Shown: one piece after another, positions 49,901 to 62,489 of the stretch
Layout: each line of letters opens with the position of its first letter
Numbering within the stretch: the stretch's first letter is position 1
NCBI GenBank assembly: GCA_024137785.1
Contig: JAHRHZ010000043.1
Coordinates: 5,946,834 to 6,010,833, forward strand
DNA: 64,000 bases
Source of the DNA: Ginglymostoma cirratum
Lineage: Eukaryota
Direction: 5' to 3'
Program-made: the position numbers and the translations under genes
Notes under the pieces: model-generated
The model's database searches: none
What the model saw: the letters and a program-made list of their open reading frames with translations, nothing else
What the model was told of the DNA's origin: nothing

Positions 49901-52690
49901 CTCTGCCCTCCACAGCCTGTTTGTTTGAACCGGTCCTGATAGCATCTACATCACAACCCAGATTCTTCAGAGACAATGCAGGCCTGTTTGGTTTGTTGTA
50001 TTAAATATGTGGAATGGAGGCTATTTCCTCACATAACACCTGTAAACCTCAAAATCAACAACTCAGCACTGATTGGAAGAATACTCAGTACTTCCTTTTG
50101 CATTTTCTCAGAGAAACAACCTCGGAATAGCCCAGGCTTGGCCTGCTGACTTCAATATCAATGCAACCAACAAAAGCAAGTCCCTTAAACCTAACAGGAA
50201 TAAACTAGTAAAGCACACTGCAGCTAATACATTTCCCATATTTTGGAGTGAAAATTAACAGGCTGCTTGTAGACGTATAGAAAGGAGATGTCCATTTGTA
50301 CAAGGTATATCTGTAAAAATACATGCACAAACAAGAAGTTAACATCATTAAATTTGGTTTGTGTCCTTTAATTTGCATTCATTGGCATTTGACAGCATTA
50401 AACAAAACCCTTTTGTACCATCTCCTGGATAGATTGCTGCTAAAGAGGACCTATTATCTAAGTTAGGCTGCTCAGTGAAAGCAAGATGTAATCGTCAAGT
50501 TTGTATGGAGACTGAGCCAGTTGGGAAGGGAGAGCATAACAATCAGCCTTGGTGTTTCCCTGACTTTAAAAAAGGATTAAAGAAAGCTTTGCACCTCCAA
50601 TGATCTCTGTTGGACAGCACAAGGACTGAAGACAGGATCCACAGCAGGAGAGCCTCCTGCCACTCTCACAAGGAGAATGGCTGCTTTACTGAGATGCTAG
50701 ATGGGTAGCTGGTGGGACCTTAACCACAGGAAGAGACAAGAGTTTCAGGACAGGAAAGACAAACAACATTGAATAAAAAGGCATATGTAAACTACACAGA
50801 CAGCCCAGAATGCACACAGTCCTGAAAGATAACATTTAATGGGCCAAATGACCTTTACCCAAATGTGTTTAACTATGCTATTCTCACATAACAACACTAC
50901 ACATGAAGACTGAACAAGAGGCTTGGATTGGTATGGGTACCTGAAGCAGTACTGAGCCATTGCTCGCTCTATCAATGCTCCTGGCTTTTGATTTCTGCAT
51001 AACCTCTGATTATTTTCACTCTGCTTCTTGGCTTCTTTCCCATTATGCCAGTCACAGAGAGACTCCCTGTTTTGGGTCAAAGGATAATTTTAGCTACTAA
51101 GAGGTTGCAAACTCAGAAATTCAAGAACAGTCATTACTCGCTTTACAAGTCTCACCATCCCAGTAGACAATGGTCAACTGTTGATGACCTAATCAGGGTG
51201 TGACCTGGACAGCCATCATGGAGACCACCTCATGTGCCCATGCACAGATGCTTCATAAAACTTTTGGCTTCCAACCCTGGCAATAGAGGCAAAAGCATTT
51301 CCTGTTACTGATATGCTTAGCCATTACCTCATGTCAAAACCTTCACACCCAAGGTGTGAACAGGACCTGCTGTTTCTGTCACAGCTTCGGTTCTCTATCA
51401 CAAAAGCCTGAGTGACTCAGGTGAACACTGCAACCTCAAAATGCAAACAAGAGAAATCCAAACAAAAATAAAAGGAAAAAATCATTTCTGGGGTTTGGAC
51501 GTCATTGGTTAGTTTGACAAAAGCTCCAACATAATGAAATAAGAATTTAAAATATACTCCACCTAAATCAGTCTATACAATCATGATCTAGGATAGAGTC
51601 AACCTATCCACTCCCTACACAGGAATAAAACCACCAAATAAATCTCCACGATATTCTCTTTGATCCATGGCAAAAGCTTGGCCAATTTCAAGAATCTCAC
51701 TGTCTAGCTTTAGTAGCAGATTTCTTATGGCTACGAAAGGTCAGATTATAAAATAATTGCTCAACGTAATTGGTCCCCAAATGCCATTAACCAACAGAGC
51801 AAGTGAATCATTACAGAAGAGACCAGCGATTTTAACAGAACTCCGATAACATTTTGGAATACCCAGTGAAGTTCTTTTTTATCCAAATCCTCACTGTCTT
51901 CTGCCTCAATGCCCTCAGCACCTTAATCATCCATCAAACAATCAGGAGATAGCCCCCACACTAAATCGATGTATTGTCCTCCAGCTGGGATGCACATGCC
52001 TTGGCATTGCATATCATTGCAGTATAACATGGCCCCCCCAATCGGATGAATTAAAAACACATTTTTTAAAAAGAGTCATGGAATCATTAAAAAAACATTA
52101 CTGCCCTAAAGACATTCCCAATTCCTGACACATGGAAAGGGGTTTCTATTCAGCAGTTTCTACTGTTAGAAAAGTTGTATGTATTGTGTTTGCAAATTCA
52201 GCAAGGGGGAGGGGGACGGGGAAGTGTGGGCAGTCCACAGCAACCCCCATTCTGCCACATCTCGCAGATCCAGTGTCCAATTGTGATTCGCACTGGCAAA
52301 AACACCTTTAATTACTGTGCACACTTTCAAACAGGAGTGGCAGTAACATCCAGACTAAATCTCCTGATAACAGGTCAAAAGACATGTGCAACAGTCATGA
52401 CAGTTTCTAAGACCCTCCCTCCCAGAAATAGTAGAGATAAAGACAAATTGTTGCTGGTAATGGTGTGCCAGACAGTCAGGTTCCGGTCCCAACATTGGGC
52501 CCCTCTCAGTTTCAAGCACAATTCAAGTACACTTGTCTAGGAGATTACTGGCAATGTTTCAAACTGTTTCCATTTCCATCATCAGTGCCAACCAGCTCCC
52601 TCTCCTCCCCCTATTCGTTACTGTGAGATTTTCCGGACTTCCTGCGTCTGCCAATGACTGCACTGGATCTTCTTCGGCTGTCAGTCCAGT
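46930..52690 (-). other. ARHGEF18: Putative long 3'UTR of ARHGEF18 (about 5.7 kb)
   Basis: Unique sequence with no recognisable SINE or LINE between the stop codon and an AATAAA; U-rich on the minus strand. The exact end is inferred. Confidence 0.65.
46952..46957 (-). terminator. Polyadenylation signal AATAAA (putative, ARHGEF18)
   Basis: tttatt on the plus strand, followed on the minus strand by a GU-rich tract (plus caatcacaacaattacacac, 46901-46920); TE remnants resume beyond it. Confidence 0.65.
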
Positions 52691-52848
52691 TCAGAAGAAA
52701 ATGATTTCAGTGCCAGATTCGTCCTGCACTCTCTGTGGTGTTGGCTGTTGAGTCACTGGCGCACTCTGGGGCTGTGCATTTCCGCCTGTCGTTGACGTGC
52801 TTAACACTTGCTGTGGCTCACGCTGAACATCCACAGGGACCGAGGATT
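52691..52848 (-). CDS. ARHGEF18: ARHGEF18 terminal coding exon (ESSVPVDVQREPQQ...VQDESGTEIIFF*)
   Basis: Acceptor ttttcctgtcctag; phase 1 gives an open frame to TGA at 52693-52691; C-terminus EIIFF matches the human ARHGEF18 ending EDVIFF. Confidence 0.9.
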
Positions 52849-52924
52849 CTAGGACAGGAAAAGCAAGTTTTGGTTAAATCAAGTAAACTACTTGTAGTGT
52901 TTCCCACAACCCTTTGCCGACAGG

Positions 52925-53275
52925 GAGATGGCAGTACACTGGGAGTGTCGCTGAACTAGTAATCCAGGGCCTTAGGCGCACCAAAGCACCACGATATTTA
53001 AACTCCATGAATAAATCTGGAATTTAAAAGCTAGTTAGTGGTGGTGCTTATGACAAGTATCAAAAAACCCATTTGGTTAACTAATATCCTTTACAGAAGA
53101 AATCTATAAGCTTACCTGGTCTGACCTACATGTGACTTGAGGTCACAACAATTTGGTTGACACCCAACTGCTCTCTAAAACTGAGCAGTACGTCACTCAG
53201 TTCAAGGAGAATTAGGAATAGGCAATAATTGTCACCCTTGGCAGTGACATCCACGTGTTATGAAGAATTTTTAAA
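52925..53275 (+). mobile_element. Second SINE family copy (last ARHGEF18 intron)
   Basis: gaactagtaatccag...aaaaacccatttggttaactaatatcctttac...cttacctggtctgacctacatgtgac. Confidence 0.7.
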
Positions 53276-54866
53276 ACAAAATTTCTTTTTCATCCTAAAT
53301 ATAAAATGGCTGCCAAAGGCCATCACCTCCCAAAAACACCGCAGCAACATACAGAGTCCTACCAACCCACTTTAGGAAGGAGCTTAGTGAGTTCAACTCT
53401 CTAGTGGCCATGTGAGACATGAGATTCAGGGGCAACATGATAAAGAAAATAAGAGAAAGCACAAAATGTACTTCCGATAAAATAGTGGTTTGTTAATCCA
53501 ACGATGGCACTTGCACAGCCCCAGTGACCGAGGAAATTATTTTCACTTTTAAAAGAATACATATCACTGATGCATTAAAAATGTCTCAAATAGTCACACA
53601 CAATGAGCTATTTCTGGGCTATGGAGGAGGCTCAGAGTAAGCGAGACAACCATTTTACACATAGTTGGTAACAGTAACGGGCTTAAATAGAGGCTGTCGT
53701 GGTGGCTGAGACAGTGGCAAGCAGAACTCCCGTTTCCGAACATCACTGCAGCCTCGAACATTTTAACAGTCTACTAAAATCAAACCAAGTCACATTTTAT
53801 AAAGCACCTGTTTCAAGCTACTTTGCAATGGGTGTGCAAAACAGATTATCATGAAACTAAACAGGAAGTAGACGATTTACAAAAGGTGACCAAAGACACG
53901 ATTGAAGAGGTACTTTGAGACTTTCAAAGTCCTAAACAAAACAAGAAGAACTTTTCTAAAGGTTTGGCGACAGAACTGCAGAGAACAGAGATTAGTTACC
54001 GGCTAGGGGACGTAGCATGCATTGTCTGATGGAGGGCTTAAGGCATGTCTTTACTTGTGCAATCTCAATGAGCAAACAGCAGCATAAAGATTGTATTGCA
54101 AAGCAAGTCATGGAAAGCACAATGGACAATCAGAGGCGCTAAATATTGATGCAAACTTCATATCAGGGTCAAAGTAAGGCATGAAGGAATGTCACAAAAC
54201 ATTCAAGACAAAATGCCGGTTATGAGAATGGGGGACAGTTGTTGAGGGTAAGGTGAGAGGAGGAGTTGGGTCAAGGATGCACAAATGCAAAGAAAGACGT
54301 GGAAAAAGCAAGGCTGTTCTGGAGACAGGAGAGACTACCAAGTAATTTTAATGGGGCTACTGAAAATTATGAGAACTTGGGACTGTACAGGTAATTCAGA
54401 ACCTTTGGCAAGGGATTACAACATTAAACATGGGAAATTTAGGACAGAGGGGTTCAAAATCTTTAATATAAACTTTTGGTATAGAGTTGACAAGTGAAGG
54501 AGAGATCAAGACAGCATTTAAGAAGGGGACTGCCATGTGTCTAAAGCAGAGGAATAAAAGAAAACAGAATCGCTGGCTACGTTGGATTAGGACATGATTT
54601 GCGTGAAGAATAAACACCAAACTGAACCCCTTGTTCACGCAGCAATCTGTACAGAACTTCCACAGAAGTGGTGAATGCTGAAGCTGTCTGTGTTTCTAAC
54701 AATAGGTTAAATAAGTAGTTGAATGAATCAGAGATCTGGAAACAGGGCAGGCACATGATATTAGGATTACACCGACATTGATTGGGAAAGTTCAAAAGGC
54801 TGGCTTCTCTAACATAAGTATTTGTCTGGCTGAGTACCGACAGACTGTGAACGAGTGGAGCTTCAC

Positions 54867-54992
54867 CTTGGTGGGAGAAACTTTGGCTGCTTGATATCAC
54901 CGGACTTGAGGACCTCCTGCCTCTCAGTGTCCCATCATCCCTGGTGAGGAACTTCAGTGGGTTGTTTTGCTGGATGTCTCCACTGACTGACC
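54867..54992 (-). CDS. ARHGEF18: ARHGEF18 penultimate coding exon (126 nt, SVSGDIQQNNPLKFLTRDDGTLRGRRSSSPVISSSQSFSHQ)
   Basis: Acceptor ctctcctttttag, donor AAG|gtgaag, phase 1-1; resembles human [27 protein letters not shown]. Confidence 0.85.
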
Positions 54993-55389
54993 CTAAAAAG
55001 GAGAGCAATTATTTAATTCACGGATTAAGGGATAAGAAGAGAAAAAAAGAGAACAGGGAGCAGAAGGAAGGAATAGATGAAAAGAAGAAGGGACAGGTTC
55101 ATCGTGGAACTGAATCAGACCATCCAAGGTCACAATGAGATGTGCTTTAAAAAGACCCCGCCACACAGTTTTTCACCAAGTGTAGGAGAGGGCAGGTACC
55201 TACCCCTCAACAGCATAGTTTGGGGGGGGGGTGCCAAACACATTTAAATAAATAATTAAAAGGTTAATTGAGCTAATTAACAACTGAACAGATCCCGACA
55301 AAATGCTGCCCTCACTGCAAGTGTTGGCTTGGGCAGGAGTGGACAGCCCATTTTGTTTTTGAAAGAGATATTCGATGCACTGGACTTTT

Positions 55390-55560
55390 CCAAGTTTCTG
55401 GATCTCAGTTGAGGCAACAATGGGCCACTGTGATCTCCTGCAGTGCTCTGGGCTAGGGAGGATAAAGATCAGCCAGGGCTCCTGCTCCTCATTTCTATAC
55501 TATGGTTTACAAACCTTAGACACCCTGAGGATATTGTGGTTAAAGCAGGTGATATCACTC
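55390..55560 (+). mobile_element. Ancient SINE, LF-SINE-like
   Basis: gatctcagttgaggc...ctctgggctagggaggataaagatcagccagggctcctgctcct. Confidence 0.45.
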
Positions 55561-56679
55561 CCTATGATATTGTTGTATATTTCTGGCAAGGTTCCCCACG
55601 AAAGACTTAAATGAATCTAAATGACAAGCAAGTCAAGAGCCGAATGTGCGGTCAGTGCAAAAACAAAACTGGTTTTAAAAAATTGTGGTGGTATTTATTC
55701 TGATGGGGGAGACTGAAGGAGATTCTTGCCAGAGCCAACGGTGGGGGCAGTGGTACTGTATTCTATAAAGGTGAATTGGCTTGAGAGGCATCATTAAGTG
55801 GATCTTTCAGGTGGGACCAGGGCAGATGGTGTCAGGATTGGGGCATGTGGATGTTGGAAACATGGGTCAGTTTTGGGGAACGATAACAACTTTACTAATT
55901 CGATGGTGTTGACTTTTATGGGGGTGGGAGTTCCAGAGATGGTGACGTCGTTAATTTGAGGGCAGGAGTGGGCGAGAGACAGCGACTGCTTTTTATTTGG
56001 TTAGGACACAGGGGAGCAATGGTTCTGACTGGGTACTACAGTTCAAACTGTAAGGGTAGTAACTGCAGGAAAGTATTTTAGATAATTCAGTGAACCTGAG
56101 TGGTGCTGAACAAACAGGTAGTGCTAGAACACCAGAAATACTTAAATTATATAAAGAATGTATAAATATTTGAAACAGTTTGCCAGCTGGAGTAAAGTTA
56201 CACCTTTCCAAAACCACGAATGGTGGCAGAATTTCAAAAGCGTAATACAGAGCAACATGCAGCATGAGCCAGATGGTCATCCAGGGAGAAGTTAGGGCCC
56301 TGTCCCATCCTGACTGGTTTTGATAAGACTGTTGTCCTAGGAATGGGATGGATTTTGAGAAGGATTAGGGTACGGGAACAAGTGGCTTCAATGACAGTTA
56401 GGGTAACAGAGGGCTGGACTTCAAGTGGGAAAGACTGGTGGTTTCACTCCAATAGACCATGTGTCACCCGTAAACATTCTTCAGCTCTTCATTTGAAAGT
56501 GCGCGTGCATTGATATACAAAGAGAGGAGAGAGCACTCAACGTAAATATACTGACACTTGGTGAAGCAGCTGGGAGCTAAGCCAGTCTTGAACTGAATTC
56601 CAGCAAGGAGTCCACACTTTGATACTAAAACTGATAAACGAAATACCAACTCAAATTTGAATAGCAAGATTATTATTAA

Positions 56680-57390
56680 ATTGGAAAGGGCACAGAAAAG
56701 ATTTACAAAGATGCTGCCAGACTGAAGGGTTTGACTCAAAGGAGAGGCTGGGGCTTTTTCCCTGGGGCATAGGGGGTTGAGGGGTGACCTTATAAAGGCT
56801 TATAAAATCATGAGGGGCATTGATAGGGTAGAGGGACAGCATCGGTTTAAGATTTTTTTTTAAAATATTCATTTATGAGGTGGGGTCATCGCTGGCTAGG
56901 CAGCATTTATTGCCCATCCCTAATTGCCCAGATGGCAGTTCAGAGTCGACCACATTGCTGCGGGTCTGGAGTCACACACAGCCAGACCAGGTGAGGATTG
57001 CAGTTTTCTTCCCTAAAGGACATTAATGAACCAGATGGGTTTTTCCAACAATCGGCAATGGATTCATGGTCTTCATTAGACTCTTACTTCAAAATTTTGT
57101 TATCATTGAATTCAAATCCCACCGTCTGCCATTACTGGATTCAAACCCATTTGAACATAATCCGGGTCTCAAGATTAGCAGTCCAGCGATAATACCGCTA
57201 GGCCATCACGTCCCCAAGGTGAGGGGGAAAGATTTAAAAAGGAACCTGATGGGCAACTTTTTCACAAAAAGGTGGTGCATACATGGAACGAACTGCCAGA
57301 AGAAGTGGTAGATGCAGGTTCAATTACAACATTTAAAAACCATTTGGACAGGGATATGAATAGGAAAGGCTTATTAGGGATATGGACCAC
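56680..57390. mobile_element. CR1 3' fragment (+) interrupted by a second-family SINE (-, about 56855-57213)
   Basis: ttggaaagggcacagaaaagatttacaaagatgctgcc (LERxQKRFTKML) before the SINE; aaggtgagggggaaagatttaaa resumes after it. Confidence 0.75.
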
Positions 57391-57426
57391 CTACAGGTAA
57401 ATAGGTAAGAAGACACTAAGCTTTAC

Positions 57427-57826
57427 CTGTGCCATGTGGAGTTGCGAAAGAGGACACGCCGGAAATGGAGGACTGTCGATCCTTTCCTTTCCCACTCTTC
57501 TCCTTGCCTCCTTTCAAGGTGGCAAGTTTGGTGGGAATTTTCTGCTGCACTCCAGTCTGTTTCAGGATTTGATTGGTGGCACTCAGGAGGTGGATGGGTA
57601 CATCTGTCTTTGGGATAAGGGAAGATCTATTCTCAGTTCTCGCAAACATCGAGGCAGTGCTGTTCTCCCTCTGAAGCGGAGTGTCAGCAGACCGCTCACC
57701 GAGTTCTGCCACCACCACACTCGGCTGGCCATGGTACTTCAGGCTTTGCTGGGCCATTCCTCCTTCATTCAACAGCATGGGGGTCACTTCCATTCGGTCT
57801 CCATCAACAGGAGGAAAGCCTGGGAT
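57427..57826 (-). CDS. ARHGEF18: ARHGEF18 coding exon (400 nt, [10 protein letters not shown]...[41 protein letters not shown]...)
   Basis: Acceptor tatgtctgttag, donor CAG|gtaaag, phase 0-1; contains the DVPIxLLSATNQ...VQQxIPTKLA motif of ARHGEF18. Confidence 0.92.
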
Positions 57827-58049
57827 CTAACAGACATACGGCATGAGTCCAAGGCATCCCAATCAACAGTAATCTATTTGGACTGTGCTTATCTGAAGGC
57901 TCAACAAACCTCACATTTCTCAGTGCAATGGCCTTCATTGAGAAACTGGGCTTTGACTGAGCAAATGGCCCACAGCAGGAACAACTGGTGAACAGAAAAC
58001 TCACCTGTGGCGCTGCTTCCAAAGGCGCTCTCACCTTTCAAGTTCGTAA

Positions 58050-58545
58050 GACATAGAAGTAGGCCATCAGCCCATTGAATCTGCTGCGCCATTCAATGGG
58101 ATCACGGCTGAACTGATAATCCTCCATCCCACTTGCCTGCCTTTTCCCTGTAACCCTTAATACTCTAAGGATTAAAAAAAAAAAAATCTGTCAACCTCAG
58201 CTTTGCACATAATTAACAACCCAGCCTTGACAGCCCTCTGCAGTGAAACAAATTTATTACCCTCATTTGTCTTAAACATGCGCCCCTTTATTCTGAGATC
58301 AAGTCTCTGGTCCTGGGGTCTCTCACAAGGGGAAACAACATTGTTACATCGACCCTGTCAAGCCCCTCAAGAATCTCATATTTCTATTAGCTTGCCTCTC
58401 ATTCTTTGAAACTCCAAAGAATACAGGCCCTACCTACTCCACTTCTCCTTAAAACAATTTCTCCATACCTGATATCAGCGAACCTTCTCTGGACTGTTAC
58501 CAATCCCAGCACACTTTTCCTTAGCTAAACTGCTCATACTATTCC
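58050..58545 (-). mobile_element. CR1 3' fragment
   Basis: taagacatagaagtaggccatcagccc...gaaccttctctggactg (reverse complement of VQRRF). Confidence 0.7.
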
Positions 58546-58984
58546 TAATGAGGTTCCAGCCCTTTGAGGTAAGTTACAAATGGATTTGAGATACAGTATA
58601 TAAAAATGAAGGCTCATATTTACAAAGGCAAGGAAACGAAACAGCCAGCCTCTATGTATAAAATGCACAAAGTGATACTGAAATGCAACTTCAGTGAAAG
58701 CATCGTTTGTTAAGGATGAACATTCTTAATTACTCGTTAGCAGCTAAACCCCAGAGTCAATTTTCACTCTTACACTGATTAACCATATGGAACGCTGAAT
58801 TACCATAGAACAGAAACCTTTCCAGGCTTCTTATTAAAGAGCCATTACTGCCCCCTAGTGGGCCTTCACCTCTATCCACAACAAACCTATTTTCCAATTT
58901 GGTGTATATAGGCCTATTTGGCAGGTCACCCAATGACATTTTGCATCAATAATTCCAGTTATTTCCCTCTTTTGCCAGCTCTAA

Positions 58985-59322
58985 GTCACAAGGTTCTGGG
59001 TTCAAGCACCAATCCAGAATATGAGCACAAAACTCAAAGCTGATATTCTGATGTAGCACTCCCTCAGTACTGCACTAACAGATGAACCAACTTTCAGGTG
59101 AAGCATCAAATTGAGGCTTCACACCTGTATGCTCTAGTGGACATATAACACCTCAAACAAAGAAATTATATGTGGTCAAACAAATTGCTGTTTGTGGGAG
59201 CTTCCTGTGCATAAATTGGTTGCCTTGCATCCTACATTAGAACACTTCAGCAATGCCTCCTTCTGTGCAGAACTCTTTAGGACACCCGGCAGTCATGAAA
59301 AGTGCCAAATAAATGCAAGTGT
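58985..59322 (+). mobile_element. Deu-domain SINE (SacSINE1-like)
   Basis: aaggttctgggttcaagc...ttgctgtttgtgggagcttcctgtgcataaattggttgcc...aaataaatgcaag. Confidence 0.65.
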
Positions 59323-60101
59323 TTATTCCCCCTACCTTCGAGAAATGTGGGATATGTTGTAGCAGTCACACTGCCTCCCAACTCAGGTCAAATGAACCTC
59401 CCTGCAGATCAGGCAATGGGACAATATAGTTTTATTTATTACTTGCTCATGGGATATAGACAATGGATATAGACCACCCCATCCCTAATTGCTCGGGAGA
59501 AGGCCACTGGTGAGCTGCCTTCTTGAATAGTTGCCATCCTTGGGAGTTAAAGGGACTGCAGGGAAGAAAGGAGTGTCAGTTTTCAGTGACACTAAAGGAA
59601 CAGTTATATAATTAAATCAGGACAGAGAGCGGCTTGGAGGGGAACTTGCAGGTGATGGTGTTCCCCATCTATCTCCTCCCCTTGGCATTTTGATGGTCAA
59701 GGTTGAGCGTTTGAAAGGTGCTATCAGAGGAGCTCTGGTCAGTTAGCACTCTGCTCCATGTAACTCTGTACTGACCAGTGAGGTACATTCAGCTAGTAAA
59801 ATTACACCAAAAATCTACAATGCAATTATAAACATACAAACAATATCAATTAAGACTAGGTAACTAAGATCCTCTCCCGTTCGCCACTCAACAAAATCAC
59901 AGCTTATCAAATCCAAACCTCTGCCAACGATATTTGGCTCCTCATTAGTCAAGAATCTCCTTCCCTTGGTCTTAAAATTATTAAATGAAGAATTCTAAAG
60001 ATTCACACCAGGCTCAATGTTGAACCTTGTTCTCTCTCCACAGATGCTCCACTTCCTATATTACAACAGTGGCTGCACTTCAAACCTGCTTCACTAGTTG
60101 T

Positions 60102-60295
60102 ATCAGAGATAAAAAAGGTACTGCAGGTGCTGGAGAATCCGAGATAACAAGTGTGGGGCTGGATGAACACAGCAGGTCAAGCAGGAAAACTTGACGTTTC
60201 GGGCCTAGACTCTTCTAGGCCCGAAACGTCAAGTTTTCCTGCTCCCATGATGCTGCTTGACCTGCTACGTTCATCCAGTCCCACGCTTGTTATCT
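60102..60295. mobile_element. Family A fold-back dimer lacking the CUGAUGA box (ARHGEF18 intron)
   Basis: Inverted arms around ctagactcttctag; 16 bp TSD ctgcttcactagttgt at 60086-60101 and 60296-60311. Confidence 0.88.
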
Positions 60296-60409
60296 CTGCT
60301 TCACTAGTTGTGAAGCATTTTCTGATTTTGAAAGACACTACAAAAGCAAGTGCTTTTCACTTTAAAACAAAAAGTCCTAAACAACAATGCACGTCTAATA
60401 TCTTTTTTC

Positions 60410-60538
60410 TTCCTGATGAAGGGTCTAGGCCCGAAACGTCAAGATTTCCTGCTCCTATGATGCTGCTTGGCCTGCTGCGTTCATCCAGCTCTGCACCTTA
60501 TTATCTCGGATCCTCCAGCATCTGCAGTTCCTATTATC
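60410..60538 (+). mobile_element. Family A monomer with intact HHR core (antisense in ARHGEF18 intron)
   Basis: CTGATGA(60413-60419)-a-gggtc-ta-ggccc-GAAA-c-GTC; diverged TSD tctaatatcttttttc / tctaatttctttattc (60394-60409, 60539-60554). Confidence 0.85.
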
Positions 60539-60741
60539 TCTAATTTCTTTATTCAGGTTGTGTTCAGTCCAAGGTACATGAGAATTGCAACACCAAAGGT
60601 AGCAGGTTCAGGAGACCTGAGAACAAGGTTAATTTCTATGCAGGGAGATTCCTGTTGATCAGCTGACTAGCATCAAAGCAGGGACCCAGCAAGAATCAGC
60701 ATCTTTAGCAGAGAAGAAGAGATTCAAGACATGAGGAGCAA

Positions 60742-61050
60742 GACTTGCGTTTAATAGCACCTTTCATGTATCCAAGCACTGTGTGATGTAGTCACTGCTG
60801 CAATATAGGAAACACGGCAGCTAATTTTCACACAGTGAACTCCCACAAACATCAACACAATGATAACCAGAAAATCCATTTTCAGTGATAGCAATGGCAG
60901 AATAAATATTGAGCAAGACACTGGGGAAATATTCCTTGTTTTTCTTCAAGGCAGTGCCATTTGAAATCTTATGTCCAAAAGTGGGGCCTGGCTTGACATC
61001 TCTTCTGAAGACAGTACCTCAAATAGTGCTGCACTCACTCACTACCCTGC
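60742..61050 (-). mobile_element. Deu-domain SINE (SacSINE1-like)
   Basis: acttgcgtttaatagcacctttca...aggaaacacggcagctaattttcacacagtgaactcccacaaac. Confidence 0.65.
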
Positions 61051-61180
61051 TGTTCTAGACTTCTGGCTCAACTGTCTACAATGGAACATTGTAGCTGTGA
61101 TCTTCTGACTCCCACACACACACTGACCCACAGCCAGCATCTGATCAAACTGCCATCCCAGAGAAACCCCACTGAATTAC

Positions 61181-61651
61181 CTGCCCAGGTTCTGTTGGAA
61201 ACAGGACTGTGTTGTGTTTTAATTGCTTCCGCTGTCGTTGCTCCAGGCGTTCCCTGTCTTTTTCCACCGTTCGCTGGGACTCTCGGAGACGTTCCAGGTC
61301 CTGCTGGTATTCCTGCCGCTGTCGTTCCAACTCTTCCTTGTCGTGGGCTAACCGCTCCATCAGCTGCTGCAAGGATTTCTCACGTTCCTGGAGCCGAGCC
61401 TCCTGAGCATCGAGCTCACGCTTCTGGCGCTCGCGATCCCGCTCCCATTTCTGCTGTTCCTGCCGCACCTGGTTCTGCAGCTTCTGCACAGTGGCCCATT
61501 CCTCGCGCTGTTTCTCGACATTCCGCTGCTTCTCCTGCTCCAAGAGTAGGCTCCCGCGTGAGGCTGGAAGGCGGGACTGCCTGTCTCGTTCTCCACTTGC
61601 ACCTGTGCATCGCTGCATCTCAATGTAGCTGTCGTATTGGGCAATCAGAAC
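61181..61651 (-). CDS. ARHGEF18: ARHGEF18 coiled-coil exon (471 nt, VLIAQYDSY...[17 protein letters not shown]...[23 protein letters not shown]...EPGQ)
   Basis: Lies within ORF 61145..61666; acceptor gtacttcag, donor CAG|gtaatt; strong resemblance to the C-terminal coiled coil of p114RhoGEF ([43 protein letters not shown]). Confidence 0.93.
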
Positions 61652-62269
61652 CTGAAGTACACACAAAAAGGTATAGAACGTGAACTACCAGAGGTAATAA
61701 ACACACATGTTTCTTACACCACCCCTGAACTCAGTCCTTCTGCTCTTCTATCCTGTGCAGAGACTCCTCTTCCAAAAAACATGCAGCTTTCTTGTGCTGC
61801 CTGCCATCATGTGCCTCCATACTGAAGTTCATTTACCAATTATATGTCATTTCTGCCTGTCTTCCTGTATTTCATTAGTCTTCTAATCCACAAATTGATC
61901 GTTGAAAAGTTTGAAATTGTAGCTCCAGTAATGGAGTCTAAATTGCGAAAGAATTGTGAACCACAACAGTGTCAGTATTGATGCAATGGGAATATTATCG
62001 TACACCTTTTGCCAGTCCAAGTAACTGTCTTTAACCTATGCTCGCTGGCTCATTTTGTAGCCAGCTCATTGTCCATTACATATACTGGCCCATGGACTCC
62101 ACATATTCTGACTTTAGTCATAAATCTACTTTGTGGTAGATTACGGAAGGTCTTTGGGAAATTTTTTTAAAAAAAATCATTTTATCTAACACATCGTTCT
62201 CACCTATTTATCTGTTGTTCTTTTGACGTAAACTGTTATCATTTTCCACACAATGTTATTCTGGGAGAT

Positions 62270-62445
62270 GGGGGTTGATTAGCTCAGTTGGCTGGATAGC
62301 GACCCTAAAAGTTCATGTTCAATTCCAACACTGGTTGACGTCACCATGACGGTCCCACCTTCTCAACCCCTCCCCTCGCCTGAGGTGTCATAATCCTCAG
62401 GTTAAACCACTACCAGTCATCTCTCTCTCATGAGACAGCAGCTCA
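62270..62445 (+). mobile_element. tRNA-derived SINE (further family)
   Basis: A box tagctcagttgg, B box gttcaattcc, then ctcgcctgaggtgtcataatcctcaggttaaaccac. Confidence 0.65.
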
Positions 62446-62489
62446 CTTTACATTCTGGGATATAACGGGAAACAAAGCCACTAAATTAA

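Noticed and set aside
54838-54866. Alternative donor TCG|gtactc extending the penultimate ARHGEF18 exon
   Set aside because: Gives phase 0, which would lose the conserved EIIFF frame in the last exon.
57434-57991. 185 aa plus-strand ORF
   Set aside because: Antisense shadow of an ARHGEF18 exon.
61081-61683. 200 aa plus-strand ORF
   Set aside because: Antisense shadow of the ARHGEF18 coiled-coil exon.
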